DNA of 64,000 bases. It comes from Lama glama (Eukaryota). The position numbers and the translations under genes are program-made. Under the pieces are notes generated by a model. That model did not search any database. It was not told the origin of the DNA and saw nothing but the letters and a program-made list of their open reading frames with translations. Positions 52,858-64,000 of the stretch are shown piece after piece. The stretch covers positions 72,356,001 through 72,420,000 of the forward strand of contig CM052816.1 of the NCBI GenBank assembly GCA_028534125.1. Reading direction: 5' to 3'. Each line of letters opens with the position of its first letter. The stretch's first letter is position 1.

Positions 52858-52935
52858 CATCAGATGTTTGACATCTGCACTGATTTTACACTAACAAACT
52901 GAATATTTCTTGAAAAATTCTCACCAAAGAAAGTG
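52858..52935 (-). pseudogene. Exon remnant, 78 nt (frame ambiguous: LSLVRIFQEIFSLLV*NQCRCQTSD or TFFGENFSRNIQFVSVKSVQMSNI*)
   Basis: tctccttttatatag| acceptor, ATG|gtgaaa donor. Confidence 0.6.
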
Positions 52936-53212
52936 CTATATAAAAGGAGATTTAAAATTTCTAGTGTTTAAGAGAAAAAAGCAACTTAAAATGACATTTT
53001 TCTGTTTTTGATACTCATTCTGTTCTCTTTCAGCTGTTTTTAAGGTACATTTTTTCTCTTTCAGTATTAATGCTGTCACCCACTTTGATAATTAATAAGT
53101 ATTTATTTCAATTCACTTCTATAATAAGTGTTATCTTTTAGTAATTAGTATTGTCAACCCAAGATGTTAGCTAAGTAATTAGTATATAAAGCAAGTAAAT
53201 AGTGTACCATTT

Positions 53213-53285
53213 AAAAATGTTATTTTATTGAAGTATAGTTATTTAAAATATTGTATTAGTTTCTGGTGTACATCAAAGATATATA

Positions 53286-53319
<34 letters not shown>

Positions 53320-54107
53320 TTCTCTTTCAGATTCTTTTCCTTTATAGTTTACTACTGTAGTTTACTATAAGATATTGAATATAGTTCCCTCTGCCATATT
53401 GTCAGACCTTATTGTTTATCAATTTTATATATAGTAGTTTGTATCTGCTAATCTGAAACTCCTAATTTATCCTCTCCCCTTTACCCTTTGGTAACCATAA
53501 GCTTGTTTTCTATGTCTGTGAATCTGTTTCTGTTTTGTAAATAAGCTCATTTGTATCTTTTTTTTTTTTTTTAGATTCCACATATAAGTGAATGATACAG
53601 TATTTGTCTTTTTCTGTCATTTACTTTACTTAGTATGAGATAATCTCTAGGTCCATTTGTGTTACTGCAAATGGCATTATTTCATTCTTTTTTATGATTA
53701 AGTAGTGTTCCATTGTGTATGTGGAATTTTTTCCTTTTTTTTTTTTTTAATCTATTCATTTGTCAGTCAACATTTAGGTTGCTTCCATATCTTGGCTATT
53801 GTAAATAGTGCTTCTATGAACATTGGGGTGCATGGATCTTTTCAAACTAGAGTTTTCTCCAGATATATACCCAGGAGTAAGATTGCTGGATCATATGATA
53901 ACTCTATTTTTAGTTTTTAAAGAAACTGCATACTATTTTCCATAGTGCTGCAACAGTTTACATTCCCACCAAGAGTGTAGGAAGGTGCCTTTTCTCCACA
54001 CTCTCTCTAGCATTTATTGTTTTTTTGATGATGATCATTCTGATTGGTGTAAGGTGATACCTCACTGTAGTTTTGACTTGCATTTATCTAATAAACAACT
54101 TTTCATG
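53213..54107 (-). mobile_element. L1 3' end with internal (CA)n at ~53295-53318
   Basis: TSD AGTGTACCATTT at 53201-53212 and 54108-54119. Confidence 0.85.
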
Positions 54108-55319
54108 AGTGTACCATTTTTAAATTCCAAATATACTGCCTCTGTTTTCTACTGGGAATTACTTTTAGCTATGAAGCGTATTATCACATTAAAAAAACAA
54201 GAAACAAATTCTGAAAAATTTTCAATGCCCTTTGAACAAAATATATTTCTTTCTCTGGGTTGTTTGTTTGTTTGTTTGTTTTTTGTGCACTTATCTACTC
54301 TTTCAGCTAAACTAGTGAAGTTTACCATCTTTCATGGATTAGAATTCAAGTCTTATTTCCTCCATTATTTTCCTGAATATTCTCAGTGCCTCTGAAACAT
54401 TAGTGTGAATGCATTTTTAAAACCTAGGATGTGTATGTTTTTGACATTTTAATATTTCTGACATCTGAAGCATGCTCTATAATTGACTGGAATGTTTAAT
54501 TTGGTAGATTTTGTTATCCCCCAAAGCTGGACATTGTATTGTTTTATTTACTGAGAATTTACTTAACTCCCTCTTGCATGGCCTTCTTTCACTTAGAACG
54601 TTCTTCACAGAATAATGTTTTTTTGCCTCTCCACTCTTGGAGGGGTGCCATTTTTACTTGCCAAATCAAGGTTGGCACTTCACTTAAGTTAGGCCAGTCT
54701 GATCCTAAATTTTTTTTTCACCTGTACCTGGAGCTGAGAAGAGAGAGTAAGAGAGAGTGAAACTGCTGGTAGCATTTGAGTTCTGTTTTCTTTTTTTTAT
54801 TGAAATACACTTGATGTGTAACAGTATGTAAATTTAAGGTATACAGCATGTTGATTTGATGTTTATGTTTTGTTATATGATTGCCATTGTAGTGATAGTG
54901 AACACTTCTATCAAATGTTGTTTAGAGTAGAAACTTGCAATTAGTAGTAAATAAGTCCTAGAGATCTAATGCACAGTGTAGTGAACATAAGCAATATTGT
55001 AGTATAATCATCAAGCCTTCTAAGAGACTAGGTCTTAATTTTTCCAGCCACAAAAAAAAAATGATAACTGTGTTGTGTTTCATATTTTCCCTAAGCCTTT
55101 AATGGACTATCTCTGCAATCCCATGGTATAATAATGGCTTGACTTTTACTTTCATTACATAAGATACTGCTGTATACTTATGATCAATCCCCTCTTTTAC
55201 ATAGGAAATATATAGAGTTCTCACTAATTCAAACTAGTATTGGATGATATGTCTTGTAATCAGTGTTGCTGTTGAGTTGAAGAAATCTTTTTTTTTTCAT
55301 TTTTTACTCTTTTACTTAC

Positions 55320-55383
55320 AGTCTAGGAAAGTCTTTGTCTGCAGCATCATTGTCAGTTCGACTGGCATTTGGTAATCACTGCT
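55320..55383 (-). pseudogene. Exon remnant, ~64 nt: SSDYQMPVELTMMLQTKTFLD
   Basis: Strong ACT|gtaagt donor; weak acceptor (gagatag|); open frame, phase 0 to 1. Confidence 0.5.
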
Positions 55384-55914
55384 CTATCTCAGAGCAGAAA
55401 TGTTTTACATTTCATTTGTTATAATTTCAGGTATGTTTATCTTGTCTCCTAGTGTTAGTTGTAACTTCTTGAATTTAGGAATCATCAAAAAATGTTCAGT
55501 ATCTCCAAAATTGTGTTATTTATTTTGGCATCAGAGTTTAGGGAATTTCCAGTAAAAAGTGGTATGAGTGATGAGAGTGTGGAGTGACTGTAATTAATTA
55601 AATGATTTTTGAAAGCAAAAGTGAATTTCCCGTATTGAGTTCATTAATTTCCAACCTGATTTTCAGTTCAGCCACTGTCAATCAAGAACCTAATTACAAC
55701 ATGGCCACAGGTCACATAACTGACAATAAAGTGAACCACCATTACTAAGTAACTCTCTTTAGATGCTGACTCTTTATAGTAATTCCCTCAGATCTTATCT
55801 TGGAACTGAGTGAAATTAACTAATATTGAGATGACACTTGTTATTACTTAAAGCTATTTTGGCTTTCAAAATCACCTACAGGTTGAATTTTTCCCTTTAG
55901 CGTTTTATATTTAC

Positions 55915-55970
55915 CACATCAGAACCAGTATAACTGTAAAGTCTTCTATCATTTAATCTTATATTGTCTT
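55915..55970 (-). pseudogene. Exon remnant, 56 nt: (E)DNIRLNDRRLYSYTGSDV
   Basis: tttttctactgcag| acceptor, GTG|gtaaat donor; open frame, phase 1 to 0. Confidence 0.6.
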
Positions 55971-57200
55971 CTGCAGTAGAAAAATTGTTTTCATTTGTCT
56001 CATTATTCCTAAGGAGAGGAAACTATATTTGAGATGGATGAAATCCTAATTCCTGGAATCCTCAATTAGCTACTTAGAGCTGCCTCAGTGTCACAGAGGA
56101 GAGATGTGAGTTAACGACAAAGCCAGGCAAATTACCAAATTATTAGCTAGAGATATGGCGTCAAACCTCTAGGTGGTAAACTGATTTCTCTTTGTTAGTT
56201 ATGTCTTAATCCTACCTGAAATATGGAATCAGGGCTCCATGGTTCTTTTGTCTACACTTAGACCCTAATTTCGTACTTGTTAATAACAGAACAGCTAAAT
56301 AGAAATGAAATCAACTAATAGCATACCAAGAGAAAGGAAATAATTTGTACCTAAGGTCTAGTGAAGAACTGGTTTGATCTGTCACTCATATCTTCTGATG
56401 AGCACAGAGTGGGGTAGTTCAGGGAGCAGGAAACCCTTCATCAGGCAAGAAGTTGCCTCAAAATTATTTTACCAAAGGTAAATACTGTTTTACTATGTCA
56501 CCTGCTTGGATTGTAGGACTTCAGAAAAGGATGAATTAAAAAAACCCAGACTAAAGAAAACCAAAGACCCCTGCCACCGTCAACAATTAGAGCAGCAGCA
56601 GCAGCAACAACAACAAACAAGCATTCCTTATGCATCGACTCTAACTGGTTTTGTTTTTGTTTTTTGTTTTTTTGAGTAAAACTTCCTTCTCAAACTTATG
56701 TGGTCCATTAGATGATTGTTTTGGCTCTGAGCTATATGCCACATTCCTACCTTCAGGAACAACATGAGTAAGTAGATGTAGTGTAGGGAATTATAAGGAA
56801 CAGAAATGTTCCTTTAAAAGTTTTAGCTCTTCTGAATATCAGTGGCCAAAACAAAGATTTCTAGGCATGAATAGGTATTGGCTTTGTGCAATGGTACATG
56901 AACAATTTTGTTTTTCTTCTAATAAACTTTTTTCATGATGGCCAGCATACTGATTTTTCACCTGCAGGCATTTAGTCAACACCCCTACCCCGATGGTTTT
57001 AGTCAACAGTCTGAACTTTACATTGAGTTTTAAAATACAGTTCTTTGGTCTGGCTCTTTCTCTGGAACCCAATTCAATATAAGTAAATTTAGGAATAAAT
57101 TTGACAAACATAGAAAGATTGAAAATCAGGTACTATTTTTCTACTCAGAATTTTTTACATTAACCTACATTCTGTCCTCATTAGTGTGACATTTGATTAC

Positions 57201-57394
57201 CTGGAAAGCTTAATATTATTTGCTTTATGAAATATCAGGTAATGCTGGTCTAAGTATCATCGATGCTTAGGGAATCCTGTTGTTTAAACAATCCTAGGAT
57301 AACTTTCTGTTTATCTTTTTCCAATTTCCTCCCTCTAAGCTGGGAAAGAATTCCTTTTACATATTCCTGTAACACAGTTTTCTTTTGAAAAATT
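57201..57394 (-). pseudogene. Exon remnant, 194 nt: IFQKKTVLQEYVKGILSQLRGRKLEKDKQKVILGLFKQQDSLSIDDT*TSIT*YFIKQIILSFP
   Basis: gatag| acceptor, CAG|gtaatc donor; 47 open codons then 2 stops; phase-1 end matches the 55970 exon. Confidence 0.75.
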
Positions 57395-57757
57395 CTATCG
57401 TATGTTAGAAATTAAAAAAAAAATCCTGGTTTATCCCTATTTGCATTCTAATTTTCTCCCTCAGTGACTACCTCAAGGTTAGTTAGCCATGAGTTTCCTC
57501 ACACTTCTTGGCCTTTACCGAACACAAACAGTTTATGTTGGTTTAGTTGGTATTTCACTACAGAGTTGGTCAGCTTGCCCAAATTCAGATGAGTTCATTT
57601 TCAGCATCCTCCTTGGATGATTTTCTATGTGTAGAGCTAATACTGACATGCTGTATTCTAACACCATGCTTATTTTGAAAAGCAGGCTTCATATTTCCTC
57701 TCTAAGTTTCTTTGTCACTCTGGAGTGAATACATTGTGAACTCAGTGATATTCTTAC

Positions 57758-57899
57758 ATGTAATATGTCAGTTGTCCCCGGGTACACTGAACGGTGACCT
57801 TAAATTTGTTTTGAAGCCAGAGTAAGCACTATTCTATTACTTAGTAAAGACTGCTTATTTTTCCTCTATGTCTTATATGACAATTGCACTGGGGAACAG
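57758..57899 (-). pseudogene. Exon remnant, 142 nt: VPQCNCHIRHRGKISSLY*VIE*CLLWLQNKFKVTVQCTRGQLTYY
   Basis: aaaatag| acceptor, AT|gtaaga donor; phase-2 end matches the next exon; 2 stops. Confidence 0.65.
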
Positions 57900-60894
57900 C
57901 TATTTTTATAAAACAGACTTTTATGCAGAATTTTTATTTTGCTTAAAATTATTGATATCTTCAAACAGATATCTAATCAGAATTATTCTAGTGAGAAATG
58001 ATGAGTTGAAAGTATATACTTACAGATCATTTAAATTAAATTTACATTCATTCTTTCAGGAAAAACAATAATAAATTTCTTCTACCAAAAATATTATTGA
58101 AAGAAGATTACCTAGTGGGTTGATACACAAGTATTATTATTGCTTTTAAGATTCCTGATACTGTACTTTTTAATCCAGTAAAATTTTTATTCTGTTTATA
58201 TAGAAGTGTTTTTGGATGACATGATCATAGCTAATGGAGTACCCAGTTATCAACATTATAATAAATAATTATTTATCTAAAGGGTTTTTTTTAAACCATG
58301 GTTATGATTACAAATTTTAGTTAAAACTAGCCATTCACATAGATTAGTTTTTTCCTGGTAGACTTTCTGTATCATTCTTCCTCTATCTCTCTGTCTCTCT
58401 GTCTTTGTCTCTTTCTCCCTCTCCAGTTCACCTGGATCTGTGCTCTATGTTGTAAATGCAGAATGTAAGAAAGAAACAAATCATTATGATTGAATCATCT
58501 CTATCTGTTGACTTTGGTCATCCTAACCTTGACCAGTATTATTAGAATAGAATATAATTTCCAAAGTGGTCTGAGCTTGTTGCAAAATAGTTTGAAAATA
58601 GAAAATGAATTTATTTTATTTTTTGAGCATAGAAACATCTCATATTCCATTATACAAGCTTAGAACATGTTGTCCTCTTCAGTGTTTACTTTTTTGTTAA
58701 TGACATACATGAATCACTACCTCTTAAATATTCAGCCTTGATAAAACTATATTTATTTCATTGTAACAAATGGCAAATATAAATTAGAAAATACAAAGAA
58801 GATGTTTAAAAAAGGACAGATTCGAGGAGCAGTAAAGACCAATTAATCCTACTGAGTTCAGTAAGGAAACTGCAGTGTATACAATTCAACAGGGAAATAT
58901 CTTTTCCTGACCTCTACAGTATCCTTCAGACATCATGGCAGGTGTGTGAGAGAATTGTCTCAGTCACCAAGTTATCTCCTTCCCTTTCCTGCACCCTCAC
59001 TCTAAAAAGTGAGTTAAGTATGGAATTCTTAGTGTAATTTTTCACACTGTATTATATATTAAGCATTAACATTTGCAACTACTGGAAAAGATAATTTTAT
59101 AACCAAGGAACAAGGATGACAGCCATCTCAATGTTTTCCAGAATTTTTAGCCAATGTTAATAACAAAAGAATATAGGATATGAAGGAATTTTTAAAAGTC
59201 AATATATTTGTACTTTGCATATGAACTGATGATTTACTTAGAGAATGTAGAGCACTAATTAAACAAACTCTCAGAACCAATAAGAATGCACAAAAATTGA
59301 CTGGATATAAGACATATCAAAAATCTAGTAATATCTTGGAATATAAGAAATAAACTGCTTGAAAATATCCTATTTACTGTAGCAACCTAATCAGCTATCA
59401 AATGTATTTATAATTGGAAACTTCAATACTCTTCAATAATTCATAGAACAACTAGGTAGAAAATCAGTAAGAATACTGAAGAACTCACACCATTATCACC
59501 CAGAAGGATATTATCAACATTTATGGAATAATCCTCACAACCACAGCAGAATATAACTTTTTTTTAAACAATTGCCAATAGAATATATAACAAGATAAAC
59601 CATAGCCTGGGCTATAAAACAAACCTCAGCCAATGTAGAATTGAAATTGTACAGAGTATAGTCTCTGACCACAGTGGAATCAAACTAGAAATCAGTAACG
59701 GGTAACTGGAACTCCTTGAAACACTGCAAAACTAAACAGTAGACTTCCAAATAATCCATGGGTCAAAGAAGTCTCAAGGAAAACAAACTGGAACTGAATG
59801 AAAATCAGAATACAATATCATAAAATGTGAGAAGCAACTAAAGCAGTGTTGAAAGGGAAACTTACATGCTTACATTTGAAAGAGAAAATCTGAAATCAAT
59901 AGTCTAAGTTTCTATATCAAGAAATTAGCAGAAGAAAGAGAATGATAAACATAGAGCAGGAATCAATGAAAACAAAAAAATTAGAGAAAACAGGTAAAAC
60001 AAAAAGTTAGTTATTTGAAAAGATCAATACAAGTGACTAACCTGTAGTAAGACTGACAAAAATAAAAATAAAAAACAGAAGGCACAAATTACTAATACCT
60101 GGAATGAAACAGGGGATATGTCTATAGATTTTGGAGACATTAAAAGGATAAAAAGGAACACTATGAACAACTCTACACATGTACATTTAACAACTTAGAT
60201 GCAATAGACCAATTCCTTGAAAAGCACAAACTACCACAGCTCCTTCAGTTTGAGATAGATAATTTGAATAGTCCTATAACTACTGAAGACTTTGAATTTG
60301 TAATTTAAAACCTCTCAAAAAGCGTCACAGGAGAATTGTACCAAATATTTAAAATAAGATTAACACCAATTCTATACAATCTTTTCCAGAAAAAATTAGA
60401 GAGAATACTTTCTAATTCATTCTACAATGCCAGCATTACCCTGATACCAAACCGGATATAGTACCCCCGAAGAGAAAATTAGGTATCATTATCCCCATGA
60501 ATGTAGATATAAAACTTCTTAACACAGTATTAGCAACTAGAAATCAGCAACGTATAAGAAGAATTAAACACCATGACCAAGTGAGGATCACTTTAGAGAT
60601 GCAAATATGATTCAATATTTTAAATCAGTGTAATTCATCATATTAATAGTCTAAAGAAGTGGTATCACATGATCATATCAATTGAAGCACAAAAACGATT
60701 TGACAGAATTCAACACCCACTGGTGATAAAAAGTCTTAGATAAGTATAAACACAGAGCTTACTCACCTTGATTTAAATACATCTACAAAAATTATTAAAT
60801 GTAACATTACACTTAATTGTGAAAGACTGAGTGCTTTCCTCTAAAATTGGGAACAAGGCAAGGATGTGTGCTCTCATCACTGCTGTTTAACCTA

Positions 60895-61369
60895 TGTCGA
60901 CTGAAATAAATGTGCAGCCTAAAAGTTGATAGTTATGTTTTATTTGGCGGGAGGATTCGAGCCAGGTTGACAGCCCCTCAGATCACTCTGAGGAACTGCT
61001 CTGAAGAGGCAGGAGAGGAGCTAGGTTATATAGGAGCTTTACAATAAAGACCAGGTAGTTGGAACATTAAAAGCTTACTTGTTAACTATAGAAAACCAGG
61101 CATCTCAAGTTAAAGAATTTAGTGCTTTTCTATGTATGGGAGGAAGCAAACATTTGGGCTCATTGAATTCATTCCTTTGACAAGCATCTAGCTATCTAGG
61201 GCCAGTATCCTGTCCTTTATTATTCTGAGTCCCTTCGGGTGCACCATTGTGAGTGGCTGCAGAGGCTGGGCTGCAGGCTTGTCTTCACTAGGGGGTGGCG
61301 GCAGCGGCTGATGACTTGGATTCAGCACTCTTTATTTACTGATATGGTTTACAGTATTTTTCGTTTACA
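60895..61369 (-). mobile_element. Solo ERV LTR, copy 1
   Basis: TG...CA termini; 4-bp TSD ccta/cctg; AATAAA and TATA on the minus strand. Confidence 0.85.
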
Positions 61370-61943
61370 CCTGTTACTGGAAATTTTAGCTAGGACCATA
61401 ATGCAAGAAAGGTAATAAAACACATATAGGTCAGAAAAGGAAGAAATACAACTGTCCCTATTTGTAGATGACAGTTTTTTTCATGGAAAATCCAAAGGTT
61501 TATATAAAAAGCTCATAGGCCAATAAGCCAGTTCAAGGTCACAGGATACAAAATATACATGCAAAAATCAATTGTATTTTTATTCCTAGCAATGAACATG
61601 GGAAAACTGAAATTAAACATACAGTATGATTAGTAATTGCTCAGAAAAAAGAAATTTGTAAAAACATGACTTGTACTCTGAAAACTACCAAACGCTGATG
61701 AAACAAAATCAAAGAAGATCTAAATAAATGAGAAGATATACTGTGTTCTTAGATTGGAATACTCCAATTAGTAAAGATCTCAAGATCTCCCCAAATTGAT
61801 AAACAGGTTTAACATAATTCCTCCTGAAATCCCAGTATTATTTTTGTAGACGTAAAACTTATATGAAAAGACAAAATAATTTTGAAAGAGAAGATTAAAA
61901 TTGGAGTAATCACTCTATCAAATTTTAAGACTTATGTAGTTAT

Positions 61944-62435
61944 TGTCAACTGAAATAAACACGCAGCCTAAAAGTTAAAAGTTACGTTTTATTTGGTGGG
62001 AGGCCTCGAGCCGGGATGACAGCCTCTCAGATGGCTCTGAGGCTCCGAAGAGGTAGGGGAGGAGCTAGGATATATAGGAGCTTTACAACAAAGACCAGGT
62101 AGTTGGAACAATAAAAGATTACTTGTTATCTAAAGAGAATCAGGCATCTCAAGTTAAAGAATTTAGTGCTTTTCTATGTATGGGAGGAAGAAAACATTTG
62201 GGCTCACTGAATTCATCCCTTTGACAAGCACCTAACTATCTAGGGCCAGCATCCTGTCCTTTCTTATTCTGAGTCCGCTCAGAGTGCACCATTGTAAGTA
62301 GCTGCAGGGGCTGGGCTGCAGGCCTGTCCCCACTGGGGGGTGGCGGCAGCCGCTGATGACTTGGTTTCAGCGTTCTTTGTTTACTGATATGATTGCAGTA
62401 TTTTCACTCACATTGCAATATTTTTGTTCACAACA
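61944..62435 (-). mobile_element. Solo ERV LTR, copy 2 (same family)
   Basis: Colinear and highly similar to 60895-61369; TSD ttat/tcat. Confidence 0.85.
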
Positions 62436-64000
62436 TCATAGTCAAGACTGTGCCATATTAGAGGAGGAACAGACCCAAAGATCTATGGAACTGAATAGAA
62501 AATCCAGAGATGAACCCTTAAAATGATTACCCACTGATTTTTGACAAAGGTGCAAAGACTATTAAATGGAAGAAGGCTAGTATTTTCAACAAATGGAGTT
62601 GGAATAATTGCATATCTATGGGCAAAAATAAAAAACAACTTTGATCTAAACCACACCTTTTACCAAAGAATAGATCCTAGATTCAAGTGCAAAAAGTAAA
62701 ATTATAAAACTTTTAGAAAATAACATATGAGAAAATCTTTGGACCTAAGGTATGTTGAAGAATTTTTAAGTATGGCACCAAAAGCATATTTCCCTTAAAA
62801 AAAATCAAATTTATCCAAAAAAATCAGAAACTTGTGCTCTCTGAGAGATCTAAAAGGATGAAAATACAAACTACACATTGGGAAAAACATTTGCATACTA
62901 CACATCTGGCAAAGGACTCATATCTCTAACATATAACTAACTCTCAAAACTCAACTATAAAAAGACAAAAATGTGCTTTGAAAATGGGCAAAAAGGTTCA
63001 TTTCATTGAAAAGAATATATGGGTGGCAAATAAGAATATAGAAGATGTTTGGACAAATTATGACCACTATGAAGTATCACTACACACCTATCAGAAAAAT
63101 TTTAAAAAAATAGTGACAACACCAATTACTAGTGAGTAAGTGGAAGAAATGGATCACTCATATATTGCTTGTGTGGATGTATAATGTTGCAGCCACTTTG
63201 GGTAATAGTTTGGCAGTTTCTTAGAAAACTATACTTGTACTTATCATACAACTCAGCAATTGCACTATTTGGCATTTGCCCCAGAAAAAAACAGAAAACA
63301 AAAAACTATGCCCACACAAAGACATGAACACAGTTATTCAAATGGCTTTATTTGCAATAACAAAAAACTGGAAATAATCAAAAAGTATGCACCATGGATG
63401 CTACTCAGCAGTAAAAAGCAATAAATTACTGAAACATAAAACTTGGATGAATCTCTGAAATACTATGTTAAGTGAAAAAGCCAATCTCAAAAGGCCACAT
63501 CTTGTTTAATTTCATATATATATATTTTTTGAAATAACAAGATTATATATTATATGGAAAAGAGATTAGCTGTTGCCAGTGGGTAGAGACAGTGGAATGA
63601 GATGGATGTGATTATAAAGGGATAGTACAAGAGAGTACTTTGTGGTGAAAGCATAGCTTTATATCTTGGTAATGGTTGTGGTTACATGAATCTGTACATG
63701 TGACAAAAAGATTTATAATTATATACACGTTTCCAGTGTCAAAATCCTGGGTTTGATATTGTGCTATAATTATGTAAGATGTAACCATTGGGGAAAACTG
63801 GATGAAAGGTACAAAAGACTTCTCTGCACTACCTTTTCAACTTCCCATGAATTTTTTCAAAACAAAAAATGTTTAAAATATATAATGGATTCAATATCCC
63901 ACTTACAGTAGTAACTGTACTAAGTAGCGTTCTTCAGAGAAATAAAACCAATAGATTATCTATATCTAAATCTATATTTGTGTCAAATCTACTCATCTAT

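Larger units (their letters stand above)
676..57899 (-). pseudogene. Large unprocessed (intron-containing) pseudogene, ~24 exon remnants, unidentified protein with a C2-like domain; 5' end probably further upstream
   Basis: Chain of minus-strand segments with polypyrimidine+AG acceptors and GT donors. Most exon phases join in frame from 57899 to 20763. Most 5' exons carry in-frame stops; splice sites are degenerate at 49119, ~46438, 38940 and 22101; an L1 lies inside one exon. Confidence 0.8.
59400..63880 (+). mobile_element. Old L1 (ORF2 remnant + L1MC/MD-type 3' UTR) interrupted by two solo LTRs
   Basis: A-rich ORF2-like sequence homologous to the 8.7-11.5 kb copy. Confidence 0.9.

Noticed and set aside
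56961..57061. Additional candidate minus-strand exon (ORF 56839-57111; also 58112-58191, 56350-56395, 17805-17836)
   Set aside because: AG/GT boundaries are present, but phases either do not fit the chain or are not needed to close it; left unassigned pending homology search.
44554..58464. Scattered plus-strand acceptor/donor pairs (e.g. 44554, 55322-55430, 58427-58464) as exons of a plus-strand gene
   Set aside because: No consistent reading frame or phase chain; not distinguishable from chance sites without RNA data.
60895..62435. LTR pair as one deleted provirus
   Set aside because: Each LTR has its own TSD and the spacer is L1 sequence.

Overview
Mammalian genomic DNA, AT-rich and dense in L1, with two 500-N gaps. 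It is probably a camelid, inferred from a tRNA-derived SINE resembling the camelid Vic-1 family. I found no intact protein-coding gene. The main hidden structure is a decayed multi-exon (unprocessed) gene on the minus strand, spanning at least ~0.7-57.9 kb. I traced about 24 AG/GT-bounded exon remnants by hand; from 57.9 kb down to 20.8 kb most junctions are phase-compatible. The spliced product is protein-like and includes a C2-domain-like segment (47.6-46.2 kb). It carries in-frame stops, several dead splice sites and one exon split by an L1MC-type insertion. I could not identify the gene. A CpG island with a perfect TCTCGCGAGA motif lies over one old large exon (20.8-22.1 kb), suggesting a promoter inside the dead gene. 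The rest is interspersed repeats: old and younger L1s (one twin-primed), SINEs with TSDs, solo ERV LTRs, MaLR, MER33, MIR/L2 and simple repeats. Repeat subfamily names are from recall, not from a database search.
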